DNA from: an uncultured Fibrobacteria bacterium
Lineage (GTDB): Bacteria; Fibrobacterota; Fibrobacteria; UBA11236
Reading direction: 5' to 3'
NCBI GenBank assembly: GCA_963716395.1
Contig: OY970309.1
Span: 3,168,001 to 3,232,000, forward strand
Length of the DNA stretch: 64,000 nt
Both the position numbers and the translations under genes were made by a program. Of this stretch, positions 59,872-64,000 are shown in pieces (positions within the stretch are counted from its first letter, which is position 1; each line of letters begins with the position of its first letter). The notes beneath the pieces are model-generated. The model worked only from the letters and a program-made list of their open reading frames with translations. It ran no database searches and was not told where the DNA came from.

Positions 59872-61541
59872 TTAGAACCCCCATTGCAAATGGGCTACGA
59901 AATACCACTGGTTTAATTCTGTGGTTTGGGGCGCAGGCCAGGTCGCCCCGAAAACGGTTCCCGCAGGATCGAAATCGCCATTGTACATGAGGCGCAAATG
60001 ATCGTCCGCAATCTGTAATTTCAATTGCAAACCCGTTACAATGGTTTTGACGGCATAAATGCTCCATTTCCAATCGTCCCCATGGACAGAGGGAAGTACG
60101 AACATGCGTTGGGTATAGTCAATATCCGGAATGGCAGCGGGAGCTCCGGTCAATGCTTCATATTGTTGGCCGGATAATTCCTGATAGCTGTCCAGATACG
60201 GGTTGGCAAAATATTCGGTTTCCACATCAAGGAGATCCAAAAGGCCGAAGGTGGGAATATGCGCGCCCACCATGACGGGCATGCGCTGCCAGATACTCTG
60301 GTAATAAACCGGCTGGTTCTGCAGCCCAAGTACGGCCCATTCTCCGTACAACTTGCATGGACCGATGTCTTTATCCAGCCCCAACATTTTCGAAAAATCC
60401 AAGGTTATATGGGCCATGAGGTTGATGGCTTTGCGGGTAATCTCGGTTGTCTGGATGATTTGCGCGGCCGCTTGCGCTCCGGCCACGCTTGTTCCGTTGG
60501 CATCAACAGAACTCAGACTGTCGGTTCTGGAGCTCCAATAATTTGTGCACTTCGTCGCAGAATTATCGCTGCATCCGGCCAGATTTTGCAAAAACGTTTT
60601 GATCCCCGAACGCTGCCCGGCGACGCTGCCTTCCTGAACCATTTGCACCCGGGTCACCTGGGCGCCGGTTTTACCCGCCAGCAACGCGGCCGTGTCGAGA
60701 CTGGATCCGGGATTCCAGACTGCCCAAGCGTTGGCACTAACCTGCTGTCCGGTGCCGTCTTGATAGGAATAGTAGACATTGGCCTGGTTCTGTACTTCGG
60801 GAAAGTTGGCCACAGTGACATATTGGGTTGCGGAGGCGGCGTCTTCCGAGGCCCCGTGGCCGACGGCGACATTAGGAGTAAACCAGCGCCGCAAGGCAAT
60901 ACCGCCGCCGATTTCAATGCCGGTGGTTAGATGCCAGGAAATAAATAGGCCGGAGTGATATCGAAGAATGGCGCGTCGGTGAATTCCAAAAATACGCCCG
61001 CCTGTTGCCGGAATTTACCGCCAAAATTGTCCGCCTGTAAACGCATGCCCAGCACCTGCGCATAAGCGCTATCCACCCACGTCCAACCTCCCGTCACAAG
61101 GTAACCAGGGTAGGATTCACCACGCAGCAAATACTCACCAAGGTTCATGGCGGGCGAGTTGTATTTGAGTGGAAAATATCCCATCTCCAAATTCAATCCT
61201 GGAGTAAAAAGCATTTTTGCCGAGGCCTGTTTAATTAGGGGTTCGAACTTCAAAGGTTTTTGCCAAAACTCTTTAAGACCGAGGGGTTGCCAGAAAATTC
61301 CTCCCAGGTTTACGTCGATATACATCCTATTCTGTACGGTATCAGCGGCATCGATAAACGTTCCAAAGCGATTCATATACTGGTTTTCAGCGTCTATTTG
61401 TCCAAACTGTCCGTTTACCAAACTCCCGATCTCCGTGTAGGCCTGCGCGCTTAATTTGTCTATGGGAAGGGCGCTCGTCACCCCCAAAAAGAGGCTGCCA
61501 AATAATAACCAGAGCCGATACCGCCAGCTTTGCATGCCCAA
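59872..61541 (-). CDS. Putative outer-membrane beta-barrel protein (paralog 1), split by one frameshift
   Basis: ORFs 60927-61541 and 59872-60894 join if one T is restored near 60940 (AYLFSWHLTTGIEIGGGIALRRWF). Signal peptide; ends WYFVAHLQWGF, a BAM beta-signal pattern. Confidence 0.72.
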
Positions 61542-61651
61542 TACCTTTGATCCGAGAAAAGGACCGTTATCCTAGAGCTTCTAAAGTTACTCTCGGAGTT
61601 TTTTTACAAAGAGACTTTTACAAATATATTCATTCTCCCTATTTTCCGGTG

Positions 61652-63501
61652 ATGTCCAAAGCAGGTTCGCTACCCGCCTCCCGCTATTTGTGGATACTGG
61701 GTCCGAAACGGGATCTCCTGTTTTTTGTTTTAACTCCCTGTCTGATTTTCCCGGTTTTTCTGGCGACGCAAAACCGCATCGACAACCAAATCCTAGGTCT
61801 CTATGTATTGGGCTTGGGCGGGTTCGGGCACCATCTTCCCGGTTTTCTCCGCGCCTACGCCGATCACGATTTATACCGGCAATTCAAGTTCCGTTTCACC
61901 GTGGTTCCCATATGCTTGGTACTGCTGTGCGGACTTTACTCCTTCCTGAACCTGAACGCCTTGGTTTGTGCCACGGTGGCGTGGGGCACCTGGCATGGGG
62001 CCATGCAAATCAATGGGTTCGCGCGCATTTACGATTCCAAGGTCCAATCTTTTCGAGCCGCCACTGCGCGGCTGGACTGGTTGATGTGTCTGGCCTGGTT
62101 CGGGCTGGCCATTCTGCATTCGCCCACCAAGCAGTTTTCACTGATCACCCAATTCTATGTTTCGGGAGGCTTCTTGCTCGCGCCCGGCGCGTTGATATTT
62201 TCCGGCAGTTTTGGGACACGTTCACAATCGTGATCACCTTGCTTTTTGCGGTAAATGCCTTCCGCCAATGGAAATCCGGCACACCTCCCAGTCCCGTAAA
62301 ATTATTGACTTATGGCCACAAGTTTCGGGTTCTGGTGGTATTGCATGGTGAACATCCCTTATCTGATCCTGGGTGTGCTGATGTGGGAGATTTTCCACGA
62401 CGTACAATACGACGTTTTGGTTTGGCTTTTTCAGCGCCATCGGGTGGCGCAAAACATGCACGCAAGTCCAGTTGAGAAAATTCTTTTCACTCCGGGCTGG
62501 GAAAGGATCGTTCTCTATGCGTTGTTAATTCTGGGCTATGGTTATATCGGGGTGGTGACTTCCTTTTCCGACATCAATTTGCCCGAAAAAATCCTGATGG
62601 GTGGAGGCGCCGCCCAATGGCTATTGCGCATTTCCCTGGCGTCGGCCCTGCTGCACTTTTACTATGACGGATTCATCTGGCGGGTGCGCAACCGCGATAT
62701 CCGCCAGGGTCTCGGACTTCCAGGAAAAGGAAAAAGGCGCAACCGATGTTGGAGCGGCGTTTTCGCCCTCGCATCACATCGGAGGATTGGAAATGGATCT
62801 TTTTCCTGGTTCCGGTGGCTATTTGGCTTTGCCCAATACCACGGATGGAATCCGGATTTTGAATCCCAAGTCTTGAATCTGAGCCGCGCCATTCCCGACA
62901 GTTGGCTGGCCCACTTTCTGGCCGGCACCTATTACAAAGGGAAGGACCAATTCGGACCAAGCCGAAACTGAGTATCGCAGCACCGTGCAATATAATCCCG
63001 GCTTCGCCATCGGGGCATTTATTCCTGGCCGATTTATTCGACAAAAGACGGCGATGACACGGAAGCCCTGGAACAATACCGTGCAAGCCGTCGAATATCG
63101 ATCCCACGTGAAAAGGTGGCCCGGATCAACTTGGCCCAACTTGAACTTAAAAGCGGACCAGCCGCAACGCGGCCGAGAATCAATTCCAGGTGTTCTTGGC
63201 AATGGAACCCGAATAATCCCGATTTAAATTTCGGGATGGGTTCGGCATTGCTCGTTGCAGCATCGATTGGCCGAAGCAAAACCCTATTTGGAAAAAACTT
63301 TGCGGCTCGCACCGCAGTCATAGCGGCGCCTTGAATTATCTGGGCATCGTGAAAGAGATGAGCGGCGATCTTCCGGGAGCCATCGCTTTGTACCGAAAGT
63401 CTTTGGCTTCGGACTCGAATAATGCCAGCGCACGCCAGGATTTAACCGACGCTTTGGCTAAAATTTCTTCGGCTACCGAATCCAAACCTGCTCGACCCTA
63501 A
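61652..63501 (+). CDS. Polytopic membrane protein with C-terminal TPRs, broken by multiple frameshifts
   Basis: Consecutive pieces in different frames: GHHLPGFLRAYAD, WGTWHGAMQINGFARIYD, EIFHDVQY, LLHFYYDGFIWRVR, then TPR ALNYLGIVKEMSGDLPGAIALYRKSL to TAA at 63501. Confidence 0.65.
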
Positions 63502-63568
63502 CCGGCCTGAAATGAAAAATCGACCGGTTTTCGTTTTCTGAGCGCAAATTTTTCAACCTTAGATTTTT

Positions 63569-63584
63569 TGTGACCGGCGTCACC
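63569..63584. promoter_or_regulatory. CRP/FNR-family-like operator
   Basis: TGTGA-CCGGCG-TCACC matches TGTGA-N6-TCACA at 9 of 10 positions, about 75 nt upstream of the ATG at 63657. Confidence 0.5.
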
Positions 63585-63656
63585 AGCCGGCGTAACCGAA
63601 TTTTTAACATTTCCGTCCAAGAGTTTTAATTCCGTTCCGCGGCGGAAGGATGGGGT

Positions 63657-64000
63657 ATGAAAATGTTGAGTGTGAAAAACCTTTCCCGATTAATCCTTTT
63701 GTCTACCCTGGCCTTTTTCGCCTGGACCTGCAACGTGTCGGATTCGGGCGGCGATACCATCTTGACCCTGACCGTGGGCGATTCCCTCAAAGCCGCGTCG
63801 GGGAAATACGACTCCATTCAAATCAAGGCGGCGGTGGTGAACGGCTCCGACACCACCTATCTGAAACTCGTGTTCCATGGCGCCTACAGCGATTCTTCGC
63901 AATTGCAAAACCTGAATCTCGGCCGGTTGCCCTCCAACGACTTCACCATCATTCTCGTCGGTTATAGCCAGGGCTCCACGGCTTTGGTGCTGGAATTGCC
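63657..64000 (+). CDS. 3'-truncated putative lipoprotein
   Basis: Open frame to the window end: MKMLSVKNLSRLILLSTLAFFAWTCNVSDSGG..., with basic N-region, hydrophobic core and a Cys. Absent from the ORF track because it has no stop codon. Confidence 0.7.
   Translation, partial: MKMLSVKNLSRLILLSTLAFFAWTCNVSDSGGDTILTLTVGDSLKAASGKYDSIQIKAAVVNGSDTTYLKLVFHGAYSDSSQLQNLNLGRLPSNDFTIILVGYSQGSTALVLEL

Noticed and set aside
1-64000. CRISPR arrays, tRNA/rRNA, transposases, integrases or prophage genes
   Set aside because: No regularly spaced repeats, cloverleaf or rRNA signatures, or mobile-element motifs were seen by eye.

Overview
High-GC bacterial chromosomal window with no rRNA, tRNA, CRISPR array or mobile element that I can recognise. 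The lineage is probably Fibrobacterota or another FCB-group member; this is inference from a T9SS-type C-terminal domain and the style of the outer-membrane proteins. Left to right: (1) 0-9 kb is the edge of a surface-glycan locus, with a 1695-aa glycosyltransferase/TPR/methyltransferase fusion, pseB, and a lower-GC pair of related unknown genes, the first carrying a BFD-type [2Fe-2S] motif. (2) 9-12.4 kb holds sppA, a LysM lytic transglycosylase and a very acidic 70-aa protein. (3) 12.5-22 kb is a tightly packed seven-gene signalling operon: TPR protein, FlgN-like protein, FleS/FleR-like sigma54 pair, histidine kinase with degenerate receivers, HAMP-GGDEF, and a TPR/TonB-C-like membrane protein. 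(4) 22-42 kb is mixed housekeeping and envelope genes: serA, TauE, YihY, rarA fusion, rhodanese, GT2 plus epimerase, DinB, Ser/Thr kinase with penicillin acylase, RRM protein, transglutaminase-like lipoprotein, DUF4062-TM. (5) 42.2-56.8 kb is a complete alternative complex III plus caa3 oxidase cluster with ctaA, ctaB and SCO. (6) 56.9-64 kb holds two tandem paralogous outer-membrane beta-barrel genes followed by a secreted ThuA-like/T9SS-CTD protein, then a membrane-TPR gene and a lipoprotein cut by the window edge; several genes here are split by single-base indels that look like sequencing errors. The best candidates for undescribed systems are the tandem barrel plus ThuA-like module, the BFD-[2Fe-2S] paralog pair beside pseB, and the giant glycan assembly-line protein. 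All calls are motif recognition by eye; no database searches were run.
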